64,000 bases of DNA from Naegleria gruberi (taxonomy: Eukaryota), in NCBI GenBank assembly GCA_000004985.1, contig GG738919.1. One strand, written 5' to 3'. The translations under genes and the position numbers were made by a program. The first letter of the stretch is position 1; every line of letters starts with the position of its first letter. The notes beneath the pieces were generated by a model. That model did not search any database and was not told the DNA's origin. It saw nothing but the letters and a program-made list of their open reading frames with translations. Shown piece by piece: positions 44,875 to 56,878 of this stretch.

Positions 44875-46296
44875 ATGACCAAAAAGAAATCCAAACAATC
44901 ATCCTCCTCAGCATCATCCTCACAACAACAAAAATCCTCCTCCTCATCATCATCTACTACTAATAATTTATCGGAAGACGTTTTTGATGGAGCTATTGGT
45001 ATTGATTTTGGTAATCATAATTGTACCGTAGCTTATTTTAATATGCAACATTTATTATCAGGCTTTCCTAATTTAAATACAACATCAGCCTTGTCATCGA
45101 CTAGTAAAAAACCATCCTATGTTTCTACAGTGATTCAACCTGTTCAAAATTTAAATACACACGTTGTTATTATTCAAAACGAAGATGGTGCTCATCACAC
45201 TCCATCAGTCATTAAAGTTAATACCATTGTTGAAGGAGAAGGTGATAATGAAACAACACGAGAGGAAATTATTGTTGGTTTTCCACCTCTTCCAGGAGCT
45301 TCAATTCCAGCAGATCAAGTTGTTTATGATTTGAAGGAATTTATTTTGGAATCCGAAGAAAAGATCAAGAAGGGAGAAGAAGAAGAATTAATTTCGTTTA
45401 ATGGAGCTGAATACACACAAGACCATATGGTCAGTATCTTGTTGGGAAAGATGAAGAATATTGCTGAACATTATTTGGGGAAGACTGTAAAGAAGGTTGT
45501 CGTCAGTTGTCCATCAAATTCTCCACACAGTGAAAAGGTGATAAAGAAGGCATGTGAAACTCTTGGAATGAATGTTTTGGCTGTTTTGAAAGAACCTTTG
45601 GCTGCATTGATTGGTTATGGTTTTGATTTACCTCCAGCAACAGTGGAAGAAAAGAAGGAAAAGATTGTTTGTGTTGTTGATGTTGGTGCTTTGGAAACAA
45701 ACATTTCAGTTGTTAGAGTGAATGAAAATGGCATGTTACAAATGATTAAGAGTGAATCTAAACGTCCATTGGGAGGTGAATCACTGGATCAAGTTTTAAT
45801 TCAAATGTGTTTACAAGAATTTAAACGTCTCTATTTCAGAAGTATGAATGAAAGAATGTTCCAAGATGAAGTTGGAAAGAATAGAAAGGTTTTAAGCAAG
45901 CTCAGATTTTCATGTGAAAATGCCAAGAATGTTCTTTCAATGAATCAACAAGCTATGGTTGACGTCGATTCACTCTATGATGGTATGGATTTCTCATTCA
46001 AGCTTACACGTGCCAGATATGAAAGTAGTGCCATGTCAATTTTTGCTAGTATTATTGAACATGCCAAACAAACTGTTGAATCATTGGCTGATCAAGGAAT
46101 TTCTCTTTCCTCAATAGAACACGTTGTTTTAGTGGGTGGTTCCTGTCAAATTCCTAAACTCAAAGATTCTATTCAAACTTTATTCTCACAAGCTAAGATT
46201 TATGATAATGCAGTTGAGGATAGTATTGCCATTGGTTGTGCCATTCAAGCCAATTTAATTAATACTTATCAACATTTAATGAATAAGGATGAATAA
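44875..46296 (+). CDS. Hsp70-family ATPase-domain-only protein (STCH/HSPA13- or HSPA14-like)
   Basis: It has the actin-like ATPase fold motifs of Hsp70 (GIDFGNHNCTVAY; VVDVGALETNISVV; VLVGGSCQIPKLKDSIQTLF) and no substrate-binding domain. There is a Ser-rich N-terminus. The ATG at 44875 follows an A-run; the listed start at 44860 is a TTG. Confidence 0.65.
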   Translation: MTKKKSKQSSSSASSSQQQKSSSSSSSTTNNLSEDVFDGAIGIDFGNHNCTVAYFNMQHLLSGFPNLNTTSALSSTSKKPSYVSTVIQPVQNLNTHVVIIQNEDGAHHTPSVIKVNTIVEGEGDNETTREEIIVGFPPLPGASIPADQVVYDLKEFILESEEKIKKGEEEELISFNGAEYTQDHMVSILLGKMKNIAEHYLGKTVKKVVVSCPSNSPHSEKVIKKACETLGMNVLAVLKEPLAALIGYGFDLPPATVEEKKEKIVCVVDVGALETNISVVRVNENGMLQMIKSESKRPLGGESLDQVLIQMCLQEFKRLYFRSMNERMFQDEVGKNRKVLSKLRFSCENAKNVLSMNQQAMVDVDSLYDGMDFSFKLTRARYESSAMSIFASIIEHAKQTVESLADQGISLSSIEHVVLVGGSCQIPKLKDSIQTLFSQAKIYDNAVEDSIAIGCAIQANLINTYQHLMNKDE

Positions 46297-46608
46297 ATCT
46301 TTGTAGATTTTGATCATGACTGTTTACAATCCCATAGAAAATATTAAATCATTGAACGTTTGATACCACAATTAATTGATAAAGAAACATTACCTTAAAT
46401 AGTGATTAATCTTTTAATTGTTCGTTGATACAGAATGGAAAGTTAAGTTTGTTGCTTTGATTATACCGTGTTCACGTAATGTTCCAGAGTCCTCAAGTTT
46501 ATATTTGGTGAAGCGGAAGGATACAGAACTTGATCAACCAACATAAACAAAGTCCAGCTCTACAAATTATCATTCGAATCCAACAGTCAATTGAAACATT
46601 TCAAAAAA

Positions 46609-47733
46609 ATGAAATCTCGTACTAATATTGCTATCAGTTATTGCATGTTACTACTATGGAGTGTAATCATGATTGACATGTGCATGTCAGCTGTTCCAAA
46701 CATTAAATCTGGACAAATTCAAACTCTTACCAACAGAATTATTGTTGAAGGAACAAACTTTGGATTACCAACTAATCCAATGGCATTTTGGGATGAAGCA
46801 AGTACACTCAAACAAGATTATCCAATGTCAAATACCATTCCACTTGTCAGATGGGGAGAAGTTCATTCCATGGCATTTTCCAACTTGACAACTGTTCCTA
46901 ACAGAAGTGGCAAGAACGATACTGTTTACTATGGGAAGGGTGGACACAGTTGTCTTCTCCAACCAAAATTCAAGACAGGTTTGATTTATGACAAGCTCTA
47001 TATTTCCTGGTGGTATAGAAATAATCAAGATCCATCTTCAGAAGGTGATTCCAACAAATTTATTCGTATCTGGGATGAATACAGTGGCTATGGCACAAGA
47101 ATTTCATGGACACACATGCATTTGACATGTGCCAATGGAACTTATTGGAATTCTTGGACTAAATATGGAAAAATCAATGCATGGAATCATCATGAATTCT
47201 ATGCCGACTTGGCGAATGACAGAGTTATTGCCACATTAAACGGCAAAACAATGTTCAATGTCACTTGTTCAAAAGATTCAGCACAAGCAGGAAGACCAAT
47301 ATTTGTCAGATTGATTGGATTTGATAATGGAAGTGATCATTACAAGAATATGACAACAGCTCTGGATAGTGTTTTCATTGGAAATTCTGCAAAGAGATTG
47401 GTTCTTGCTCATGTGCCAACTTTTGGTCAGATTGAGTTGAGTGAAGTTGTTCCTATTGATGAGTGGAATTCGAATAGAATTGTTGCTAGATGGATTGAAG
47501 GTGTTTTGGATTGGACTAAACCTATTTATGCCTATGTGGTAGATGAGAATGGAAATTTCAATTCACAAGGTTACTTGTTGAGTGTTGTATCTGAAAATGT
47601 AATTTCCAGTAATGATAATGGAGGCATATTGAGAAATTGTACAAATTGTGAATCATCTGGAAACAATATGCAATCATTTGTTTGTTTGAGAACATTTGCC
47701 ATTCTAATGATTATCATCTTCATTTTTCAATAA
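46609..47733 (+). CDS. Secreted, probably GPI-anchored hypothetical glycoprotein
   Basis: The ATG at 46609 follows an A-run and opens a signal peptide (MKSRTNIAISYCMLLLWSVIMIDMCMSA). There are many N-x-S/T sequons and a C-terminal hydrophobic tail (FVCLRTFAILMIIIFIFQ). Confidence 0.45.
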   Translation: MKSRTNIAISYCMLLLWSVIMIDMCMSAVPNIKSGQIQTLTNRIIVEGTNFGLPTNPMAFWDEASTLKQDYPMSNTIPLVRWGEVHSMAFSNLTTVPNRSGKNDTVYYGKGGHSCLLQPKFKTGLIYDKLYISWWYRNNQDPSSEGDSNKFIRIWDEYSGYGTRISWTHMHLTCANGTYWNSWTKYGKINAWNHHEFYADLANDRVIATLNGKTMFNVTCSKDSAQAGRPIFVRLIGFDNGSDHYKNMTTALDSVFIGNSAKRLVLAHVPTFGQIELSEVVPIDEWNSNRIVARWIEGVLDWTKPIYAYVVDENGNFNSQGYLLSVVSENVISSNDNGGILRNCTNCESSGNNMQSFVCLRTFAILMIIIFIFQ

Positions 47734-47849
47734 ACTTTAAAGTGAACCAAATCTTTACCACAGTTAACACGTTGTGAATGTTGTTGAGTAAAAATAAATA
47801 TTTATGTGGAAATGATTTAATAAATTAGATTGAATGTTTATTTTACAAT

Positions 47850-50764
47850 TTACTTCTTTTCCTTATTACCCTTACCACCACTCTTGTTATAGACCATTGA
47901 AATAACAGAGACTGGGACACCCACATAACTTGTTTCATAAGGGGACCAAGGCCAATATGGATATTGATCAGCCATAGAAGCAGCATAAATAAGGTAACAG
48001 AATTGAGCACTCAAAAACTTGGACAATTCCTTGTGAGGATTGTTAATTTGAACAACGAATTCTTCTCTTGATGGTTCACTTGGAGGCTTCAATCTACCAA
48101 GAATACCTGGCAATGGAACACTAGGTAAGTTAATTCTTGGTAAACCTGGAATGCTCAATCCCGGAATGTTCAATGACAACAAGTTGAAACCTGGCAAATT
48201 GTACTTGCCCAAATAACCAGCAATGGCTTTCAAAATAGCACTGACAAGAACTGGTGGATATGGGTCGAATTGAATATCTGGCATACCTCCAATTTGAGTC
48301 AAGTTTTCAACCAATTCATCAATCTTAGGGAAGGATTGACCATTACCGAGCATCTTGACAGCAGTATTATCAAAATCAGCCTTATTCTTATATGCTTCCA
48401 AAGCACCCTTGAGCAAACCACACATTTCAGAATATGGGAGTGGCTTTGGTTGATCAAAGGAGAGTGTTGGGTTAGTACCAGCTCTTTCCAATGAATAGAC
48501 GGCATAGTTAATATTTCTAATGAGAGAACTGATAGTGAAGGAACTTGGAATGTTCAAATCCATATTGTCAACATTTTGTTCCAAAATTTCACAAATTTGA
48601 CTGAGCAAGGTAATCAACTTCATATTTGGCAAGTTTGGTAAATCGAGTTCAATAGTTTCGGATAAAGTATCGAACATTTCAGCAGCCATTTCCAATTGGT
48701 GAGCAACATTAGCTTCTTGGAGACCACCAACACTAGCAACAGCTTCAACTCTATCCTTATATAAACTTGTGGAAGCAACTCTCAATAAGAATGCAGGAGA
48801 GTTGAACTTTGGTAAGCCTGGAATTTCAACAGTTGGTTCCTTTTCAGATCCAACAGCTTCTTTAAGTGGACCATCAACGAGGAATTTCAAAACCTTGAAA
48901 ACAAACTTCTTGACAGCCTTTGAGATGGCCTTTTCAGTGAAAATTTCCTTTCTAGATGTGATAATGTTAGTATAAATCTTCAAACCATAATTGGACAAAT
49001 CCTTCATAGCATCAGCAGCAGCATTAGCAACTGCACCAGCAACACCTCCACCAACAACACCGCCCAAATCTTCTTTAAGTGGACCATATCTTGTGGAATA
49101 GAGTTTGTCAAATGTATAACGGTGAGCTCTTCTCTTTGTGAGTTCCTTCTTCTTGTAATCATAGGCGAATGTATAGAGAGCCTTGTTAGTAATAACAGCA
49201 AGACGAGCTTGGACTTGACCTCTAAAGTTTGTCTTGTTAATATTGTATCCCTTCAAGACAGTTTCTGGGAACTTGTCACCTTCCTTAAATTCTTGTTGTT
49301 CCTCTTGATTTTCTTCATCTTCTTCATGAACTGGTTCGTCTCCATCATCATCATCTTCCTTCTTATCGTCCTTCTTTTTATCGTCTTTCTTGTCATCCTT
49401 CTTTCCACCCTTCTTCTTACACATGACTTCCTTGTAATAGGTGTTCAAACAAATATCAACTGCTTCAGTATCAGCTTCATCCAAAACTGGGAAGCATTTT
49501 CTCTTTGACAAGTCAAGGATTGGTTTCAAGTTACCGTATCTAATGGCATTGTGAGAACAAATTTCACGAACAGCACGAACACATCTATCCAAAGTATCAC
49601 TATCCAATGATGCATTAGCTTCAAAAGCTTCATCAGCTTCATCTAAAGCACAACCATAACCAACTGCACGTGTAATATCATAACTGTAAATGTATCCCCA
49701 CCATTCTCTATAAACACCTCTCAATTCCAAAGTTCCATTGGTCAACAAGGCATATGAGTGCCAATATCTCTTTTCAACACCATCATCTTCGGCATTGGTA
49801 AAGAGAACCCTCTTGACAGATTGTTTCAATCTATCTTGAGAGACATTAAAATCAGACTTGACCCAACGGAAAGCACGTGGCAATACTTGCAATGAATACC
49901 AACAATCCCAACGACCTGTTGTTCATCAATTAATTTTACCATTGAGTGTGATGATGGAGTAACAATGGTGATCATTGTTAAAATAATTATTGTGTGATGG
50001 TTCAATTTCACACACAAGAAATGGCAAATGTCAAATTGTCATCATCAAGGGGAAAATAATTATTAATTTTAACAAACTAATGATCGTGTAACACACTTAC
50101 CCATATTATTCAATGCTTGATCCATATGACCAGCATTTTGGAAACTTTCCCAATCAAAAACGATATCTACATCAAAGGTTGCGTCACCAACTTCAGTCTT
50201 GATTTCTTCTTTAGTCTTGGCAATTCTAGCTTCCAAAACTCCTTTATAATAAGCAACACTGACACTGAACAAGGCATTCAAAGTTTCCTTGACATAGGAG
50301 AAACTTGGGACACCTGTAGCACCAATACCCAATTGAACTAAAACGTTCAAAGCACCATCTCTCAAATATATTGTTGGTTTAGTTGGATTTTCTGCTTCTT
50401 CAAGTTTTTGTTTGTGTTTTTCTTGTGTTGTTAATTCCTTTCCTACTGGTTTTGGTGGAGGAGGATTGGCAATACATTGAAGTCTGACTTGAGCTAATTG
50501 TCTGGCAATTTCAGAACGAGCATTACCACCGAATTCATCAACCATTGATTGAATAGAATCGACAATTTTACCAAGAACAAGGAAACCATTCCAAGAACAC
50601 AAAACTTCATAGGATAATGGTAAGAAATCTTGTTGAATGTGTTGTTCAAAAGTTGCCCAATCAACTACAATTGAAACGTCAGTTTGGAGAGTTCCTTGCA
50701 GACGTGATTGAAGCTCATATATATTTTGTTGAGCATATTGTTGTACTTCTTCGAGGACTGGCAT
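47850..50764 (-). CDS. Large hypothetical protein (about 910 aa), at least 2 exons: 50101..50764 and 47850..49915
   Basis: …ALNNMG|GTAAGT-intron(185 nt)-…AACAG|RWDCWYSLQVLPRAF… joins ORFs 50069..50764 and 47850..49892 in frame. The protein contains a poly-K/D linker (KKKGGKKDDKKDDKKKDDKK) and a Gly-rich segment. I recognise no domain. Confidence 0.5.
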
Positions 50765-52065
50765 TCTATTTCATCAAAATGTCATCCGGATAATGATCAG
50801 AGATGATAATTAACACACACAAAATATACAGATCAAAGAGTAAATGATTCACCAACATTGAAATAATAACCATTAGAAAGAGAGAGTAAAATCATCAAAA
50901 ACATTAACAAAACGATTCGTCACAAATTATTGGTCCCCTCAAAGTAAAACCCTTTACTACTCACCTGCTGTTGTGTTATCAAAAAAAATTCAACGACGCG
51001 CGCGAAGAGTGAATGAGTTGTTTTTTTTAGGCTAGCAAATTGTTGATTTTCTCTGTGTTTGAGAGAGAACACGCAAAAACAATGCAGCGCTACTTTATGA
51101 AGATGCAAATTCGGTATGGAGAGGTTTTCTATCTTTTCTGTGTCATTGCTGTTGCCAATATCAGCGCCGTTGTGTTGAGCCATTGACTAGAAAGTGAAAG
51201 AGGCAATTACCCACCTGAGGGAATCAAGTGAGCGTGAAACATGGATTGGTGTCAGAAGATGTTACTTCTACTGGTAGCTAGTGGTATGAAATTTTGATGC
51301 AGAGAGATGATGAGGTAATGGAAAATTTTGATTCGTGTGTAGAGGTGGTTGACAATTCATTGTAAAATATTTCCATGGATATTTCCGAGAGGGTTTTTTC
51401 AAGCTGGAGGTTGAAATTCAATAAAATCGGAAAGTTCAGGGTGTGTTCCATTGAATTCCATTGAGGAGACAACACCATCTATTTACCCAACTACAATTAT
51501 TTGTTGATATTATTGCACAAAACTGTTTAACATACCAATCAATTTATTAATATAATATATTGATTTTTTATTTTCAATTTGATTTGGTATATATTCTCTT
51601 TTAAGATTAACTGTAATGTATTGAAATATACGGTGAATATCTTACGATACGGAATTACAGTTTTACAATAAACGTTTGCAAGTGTTTGTTAAAAACAATT
51701 CACAATATTAATTATTTCAGTTAACAGTTCAATATTGACGGGAGGACAATTGTCACTTTGGGAATTGGTTTCAATATAAAAGGAAAGAGAACATTTCGGA
51801 ATGAAACATTTGACCAATATTGTTATTGTAAAGATACATCTTCCTAACCAATCATTTTCAATCTAGCTACTGTAGTCGTCACATACAATTCCCAAAGTGA
51901 TTCAATTTTTATTAATTATTTGAGTTTTCTTTGATTTGTTTTCAGTTTTTAGTAATTTTTTAATAAATCAATTTAAAAAAAATCCAAAAATATGAAACTG
52001 AAGCGCAACCTCTCTTCGCTGGCCAGACCTTAATTTTTAATAGTAATTTCATCATTATAAAGAAT

Positions 52066-54618
52066 ATGAGGATACAAAATATTCAAGACAATCTAATTAG
52101 ATTTGAAGGTGAAGTGATTTCGGGAAAGGAATTGTTTAATAAAATCACCTGGAATATTGCGGAACAATGTAAATTTACGATCAATGATTTACAATTAAAA
52201 GGAGTTGAAATTTTGAAAGCTTCTTATCACTGTAGAGTGTTTAAATGTGTTGGAATACAAGATGATGAAGAATATGTTGTAAAATTTATCAAAAAGGAAC
52301 GTAAAAGATGTTATGAGGATGATGGAATAGAAGAAGGAGATGATTTTGATTCGTACGATTATCATATGGGAGAAATTGAATTGGGAGAAACGATTGGAAA
52401 TCTTTTGGATTCAAGTGTATTGACTTTTGAATGTTCAGTGCCTTTGGATGATCAAGTCTTTATATTAGTTTCAAAATATAGAGGAATTACATTAGCAGAA
52501 TATCGTCATTCCGAAAGGAAATTAATGTTATGTGAAGTGTTACAGATACTGATTCGACTTGTTAATGCTTTAAAATTGATTCATGACAAGCAAATAATCC
52601 ACCACGATATCAAACCAGCTAATATTTTCATTACAGAGATTGCTGTGAGTGATTATTCCCTTCCTGCTCTTTCGGTTGTTTTGGGCGATTTTGGAGCTGC
52701 TTCAATACACAAGACGAATGAAGAATTAGATGAAGACGAAGAATTTAATGAGTGCCAACGAGGAACGACAGGATACTTTCCACCAGAAAATTACTCTTGT
52801 CTAGAAGGAGATATTTGGAGTTTGGGACGATCATTTCTTTTATTGCTATTCCCGAAAAATAGTTTGAATTCTTCTGAAATGGAATCTGATTATTTGGATG
52901 AAATAACAGACACGATTCAAGAAATGTCCATTTACGAAAATTCCACCATTCGAAAGTTAATAGAAATGGGAGATTTGGAAGAGGATTTAAACGGATGGAA
53001 AAAATTCTTTCTAATTCTCAAAGAAATGTTAAATATAGATCCAAATCAAAGGCCATCATGTTCTCAAATACTAACAACAATATTTCCACATGCATCCAAT
53101 ATTTTACAAGGATTGGTTTCATTAGCGAATCAATTTGAGTTTCTAGATCATTCCTTCTCCAAGAATTATAATATTCAACTATTGGCTGCTGTATCAGGCG
53201 TTAGTTATGAATTATTAGACAAATCAAATAGAGATGTAACTGTTCAAAGCCTCAAATACAGTGCCACATATGATAATGCCATTGGCTATTTGAAAAATGG
53301 CCCTTTCAATTCAGATAGAGAAATAGTTTTGAGAGCTGTTAAATTGAATGAAAAGGGTATTTTACATGTGGACGAATCATTGAAAAGTGATAGAGAGTTT
53401 ATTCTACAAGCTGTTTCACAAAAAACGTCGTCTTTTCAATATTTGGATGATGCTTGGATGCGAGATAGAGAAATTTCTTTGATTGCTGTTAGAGAGCATG
53501 GTGCTTTTTTCAAGTTATTAGATGAATCATTGAAGAAAGATAGAGAAATTGTATTGGCTGCTACTAATAGGGATACTAATGCCTTCGAATATATTGATGA
53601 TTCTTTCAAAAGTGACAGAGAATTTATGGTGAATGCAATTAAGAAACATGGTATTGCTTTGGGATTCGTTAGTAAGGAGCTGATTGATAGAGAGTTGGTT
53701 CTCCTCGCCGTTCAACAAAATGGTTATGCACTAGGTAGTGTAGATAGTGCATTCAAATTTAATGAAGATAGAGAAATTGTGATGAAAGCAGTTCAGCAAA
53801 GTGGAGACGCCTTGAGATATGCTGCTCCATTATTAAGGAAAGATAGAGAAATTGTAAAAATTGCTATCTGTCAAGATGGAAAAGCCATTTACCATGTTGA
53901 TGAATCATTGAGGAACGATGAAGAAATCAAAGAGTTGGCTGAAAATTCAAGAAGGAATTTGAAAGTTTCAACAAAGTTTAAGGATACCAATTATTGTGAA
54001 AAACCTTTCACGCTTGTGAATACTCCTATCAGTGCCAATAAGAAGGACAGACATATTGTTCTTCTTGCAGTCGAACAAAACGGACTATCTTTGGAATTTT
54101 CTGATGATATTTTCAAAAGAGATAGAGAAATTGTAATGAAAGCAGTTCAGAAAAATGGTCTTGCACTTGAATTTGCAGACGAAACGTTAAAGAAGGACAG
54201 AGAAATTGTTTTAACTGCCATCAACGAAAATGAAAAAGCATTTGAATATGCAGACGAGTCATTAAAGTGTGATAGAGACTTTATTCTTCAGGCAGTTGAG
54301 TTATGTGGATGGGTGTTTCACTTTCTGGACAAATCCTTCATTACAGATAGAGACATTGTAAAGAAGGCTCTTTTAAACAAGGATATCGTGTGGATGTTCG
54401 AGTTGGCTCTACCGGAATCAATGAAAAACGATAGAGATATTGTAATGTTTGCTGTTTCAGTCAACGGATTCGTATTGGAATATGTAAACGAATCTTTTAA
54501 AAAAGATAGAGAAATAGTATTACTGGCGGTAAAAGAAAATGGAAATGCATTAGAATTTGCAGATGAATCATTGCAAACCGATTTGGAAATTGTTTCAGCT
54601 TGCAGACACCTTAAATAA
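52066..54618 (+). CDS. Ser/Thr protein kinase fused to about 16 tandem DUF4116-like repeats
   Basis: Kinase motifs are VVKFIKK (beta-3 Lys), HHDIKPANIFI, DFGAA and GTTGYFPPE. From about aa 400 to the C-terminus there are about 16 repeats of roughly 30 aa (…DREIVLxAVxxNGxALEFADESLKxDREIV…) with a conserved NG.AL.[FY]A core. Confidence 0.75.
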   Translation: MRIQNIQDNLIRFEGEVISGKELFNKITWNIAEQCKFTINDLQLKGVEILKASYHCRVFKCVGIQDDEEYVVKFIKKERKRCYEDDGIEEGDDFDSYDYHMGEIELGETIGNLLDSSVLTFECSVPLDDQVFILVSKYRGITLAEYRHSERKLMLCEVLQILIRLVNALKLIHDKQIIHHDIKPANIFITEIAVSDYSLPALSVVLGDFGAASIHKTNEELDEDEEFNECQRGTTGYFPPENYSCLEGDIWSLGRSFLLLLFPKNSLNSSEMESDYLDEITDTIQEMSIYENSTIRKLIEMGDLEEDLNGWKKFFLILKEMLNIDPNQRPSCSQILTTIFPHASNILQGLVSLANQFEFLDHSFSKNYNIQLLAAVSGVSYELLDKSNRDVTVQSLKYSATYDNAIGYLKNGPFNSDREIVLRAVKLNEKGILHVDESLKSDREFILQAVSQKTSSFQYLDDAWMRDREISLIAVREHGAFFKLLDESLKKDREIVLAATNRDTNAFEYIDDSFKSDREFMVNAIKKHGIALGFVSKELIDRELVLLAVQQNGYALGSVDSAFKFNEDREIVMKAVQQSGDALRYAAPLLRKDREIVKIAICQDGKAIYHVDESLRNDEEIKELAENSRRNLKVSTKFKDTNYCEKPFTLVNTPISANKKDRHIVLLAVEQNGLSLEFSDDIFKRDREIVMKAVQKNGLALEFADETLKKDREIVLTAINENEKAFEYADESLKCDRDFILQAVELCGWVFHFLDKSFITDRDIVKKALLNKDIVWMFELALPESMKNDRDIVMFAVSVNGFVLEYVNESFKKDREIVLLAVKENGNALEFADESLQTDLEIVSACRHLK
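53270..54610 (+). repeat. Tandem coding repeats of about 90-105 nt (DUF4116-like units) inside the kinase gene
   Basis: 'gatagagaaattgt[a/g]atgaaagcagttcag…' recurs at about 53770 and about 54120. Many 'gatagagaaatt…' units recur with about 30-aa periodicity. Confidence 0.6.
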
Positions 54619-54658
54619 TTTTGATTATTCTTTGATATCAATTAATTATAAACTATAG

Positions 54659-56878
54659 TTATTTATTGTTGATCCAAAACATTACAGTAAGAAATAAGAT
54701 AAAAAATATCATTGAGAACCTAATTATATACCTCCTCAATACATGGTACAGTAAAATATTGAGATTAATAAGTGAGTAACGATAACCATCATGCATGTTG
54801 AGAATGGAGAAGAAGTATCTAGCCACGAGTTTTGTTTCTTTTCCACTTTCAAAAACGTTATTCAAAATGAAATGTAATATTGGGGCAATGATTTTCTTTT
54901 GCCATTTGAATAATTTTGAATATCCTCGTTGATTTCTAGAAGAATTACTATTGAGTTGAATGTCTGTGTATCTAATATCATCTGATGAAGACATGATCCA
55001 AGGAATGGTATACATGAAATAGAGCGAATTTTGGAAGTTCAGACAAAATTCATTGTCGAAAAAATTCGATACTTTTGATTTCCTGAGAGAATGGTATCGT
55101 TCCTTCAATTGTTCCCTGAGAATTAGAACTGATTCTAAGGCCATTGTAAGACCCTGGGCATAGACAGGGTTGAGAGATGCAACAGAATCGCCCAATGAGA
55201 TGAACCCTGATAGCCTGGTTTCTGTAATTTGGTTAGTATTATCATTGCCGTTCGAGTGTGCGACGTGGTGCTTCATGAATTTCTCATAATGTACAAAAAT
55301 ACTTCCTTCCTTTTCGAAAATTGGTGGTATTGAAAGAGGTACATCTTTCATTTGGCCTAAAAGATGGATAAGATCCTTCTCGAATGGAGTTCCTTTGGCA
55401 TAAATGTTAATGATTCGTTCCTTAGCATTTTCCAATGTCAATCCATCACAAAATTCTTGATTATTCTTCTTTTCCTCATCTGCTATGGTTATCAGGTTAA
55501 TCATGAATAGATTCTTCTCGAGTGGAATGCACAAAGCACCTTTTGTGAAGGGATAAATGAGAAGGTAGTAGAAGGCAAGAAATTCAGTTTCAGATCCATT
55601 ATGAGATGGATCATAGGACGACCTGGCCACTGTCAATGGAGATTGAACAATTCTCTTCTTTCCATCCTTTCCCAAAACAAATGGTAGTGAATCATGTGGT
55701 TTGTTATAATAATCGAAGGCCTCCTGCTTTGGTTCAAAGTAAAAACAATGATATCTGACCTTGTTGTTAATCCTAGATGAGGAGAGGAGGTGATGGTTGG
55801 TGGGTATTGATTCTACTTGTTTCTGGAGTGGAAGATCAAGCATTGCACATTCTAATCCTCTTAACAATTTCGAATACTCTGTTGAGGTTTGGAAACTTCC
55901 ACAATTTACCAGCAAGTCACATGGTATTGTTTCAAAATTATTGTTTTGATTGAGTACTGATGAGTTGTCTTCATCATTAGACGGCTGAACAATCACACCA
56001 TTCACCTTGATATCAGCACTCGATCCATTCTTATCCACAGAATAGGTAATCCCCTTTCCATTCGAAACAACTTGATAGCCATCCATAACTCGTAAATTTT
56101 TCATTCCCTTCAGAATAAACTCTCTAATTGATGTTTCCCACATTCCTCTCGATACTATTGTCACATCTTCAACAGATGACTCCTTGGTGGAAGCTTGTGC
56201 AAGAGCTGGTCCATTTTCTTGGCCAGTTCCATAAATTATTTTCAAATCTCTAGTAGAGTCGATATAATTTTTAATGACAAACTCAATTTCTCCTTCTTTG
56301 GTACTGTATCCGTCCAATTCTATTGATTTCTTCCTAATATATTGAATAATACCAGGAAACAGCTTTTCCAAAATAACCTGACCTCTATTGACCAAGATAT
56401 GTGGCAGGTAGCCATGACGATGTTTGACCACTGACTCTCCTTCATTATATTTTGTCCTCTCTACAATAACAACTTCTTTAAAAAAAGGAGCAAGACAACT
56501 GGCAGTCAATAATCCAGAAATTGAGCCTCCAATAATGACAGCTCTTTCTCCCACAACAGTGTCAATCGTTCTTTCACTGATCATTGGTAAATTCTGAACT
56601 GCTGGATACGTTTCTTCATTCACTATAAAAGGTTGAATTTGATCGGAAGCCAACTGACAATCCATACACAGTTTTTTTAGCCTAAACATTTTCGTTATTA
56701 TTTTTGCTAGTCCAAATATCCAGGCTAGTACTACAATAATGGTCATGATGAACATGCCACATTGATAAAAAGTAATATTGTCTTGTGAAGTGATGATGGT
56801 AGTGGTTGCAGTTGTTGTTGTTGTTGTTGTGGTGGTGATTGGTTGATGATAGGAAAAATCTAGAATTTTGTCCATTGC
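54659..56878 (-). CDS. Membrane-anchored FAD-dependent monooxygenase-like oxidoreductase
   Basis: It has a poly-Thr tract, a TM helix (MFIMTIIVVLAWIFGLAKII) and a Rossmann GxGxxG (ERAVIIGGSISGLLTASCLA…VVIVER). A late motif GDSVASLNPVYAQGLTMAL matches the GD…P..GQG FAD motif of flavoprotein monooxygenases. The probable true start is the internal ATG at about 56876-78 (MDKILDF…), because the listed ORF begins at a TTG. Confidence 0.5.
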   Translation of the reverse strand, partial: AMDKILDFSYHQPITTTTTTTTTATTTIITSQDNITFYQCGMFIMTIIVVLAWIFGLAKIITKMFRLKKLCMDCQLASDQIQPFIVNEETYPAVQNLPMISERTIDTVVGERAVIIGGSISGLLTASCLAPFFKEVVIVERTKYNEGESVVKHRHGYLPHILVNRGQVILEKLFPGIIQYIRKKSIELDGYSTKEGEIEFVIKNYIDSTRDLKIIYGTGQENGPALAQASTKESSVEDVTIVSRGMWETSIREFILKGMKNLRVMDGYQVVSNGKGITYSVDKNGSSADIKVNGVIVQPSNDEDNSSVLNQNNNFETIPCDLLVNCGSFQTSTEYSKLLRGLECAMLDLPLQKQVESIPTNHHLLSSSRINNKVRYHCFYFEPKQEAFDYYNKPHDSLPFVLGKDGKKRIVQSPLTVARSSYDPSHNGSETEFLAFYYLLIYPFTKGALCIPLEKNLFMINLITIADEEKKNNQEFCDGLTLENAKERIINIYAKGTPFEKDLIHLLGQMKDVPLSIPPIFEKEGSIFVHYEKFMKHHVAHSNGNDNTNQITETRLSGFISLGDSVASLNPVYAQGLTMALESVLILREQLKERYHSLRKSKVSNFFDNEFCLNFQNSLYFMYTIPWIMSSSDDIRYTDIQLNSNSSRNQRGYSKLFKWQKKIIAPILHFILNNVFESGKETKLVARYFFSILNMHDGYRYSLINLNILLYHVLRRYIIRFSMIFFILFLTVMFWINNK

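Noticed and set aside
50920-51480. Short ORFs and a GC-rich patch (about 50990-51010) upstream of the large 47850..50764 gene
   Set aside because: I could not build in-frame exons joining to the 50764 ATG. The ORF translations look non-protein-like and are probably 5'UTR or promoter sequence.
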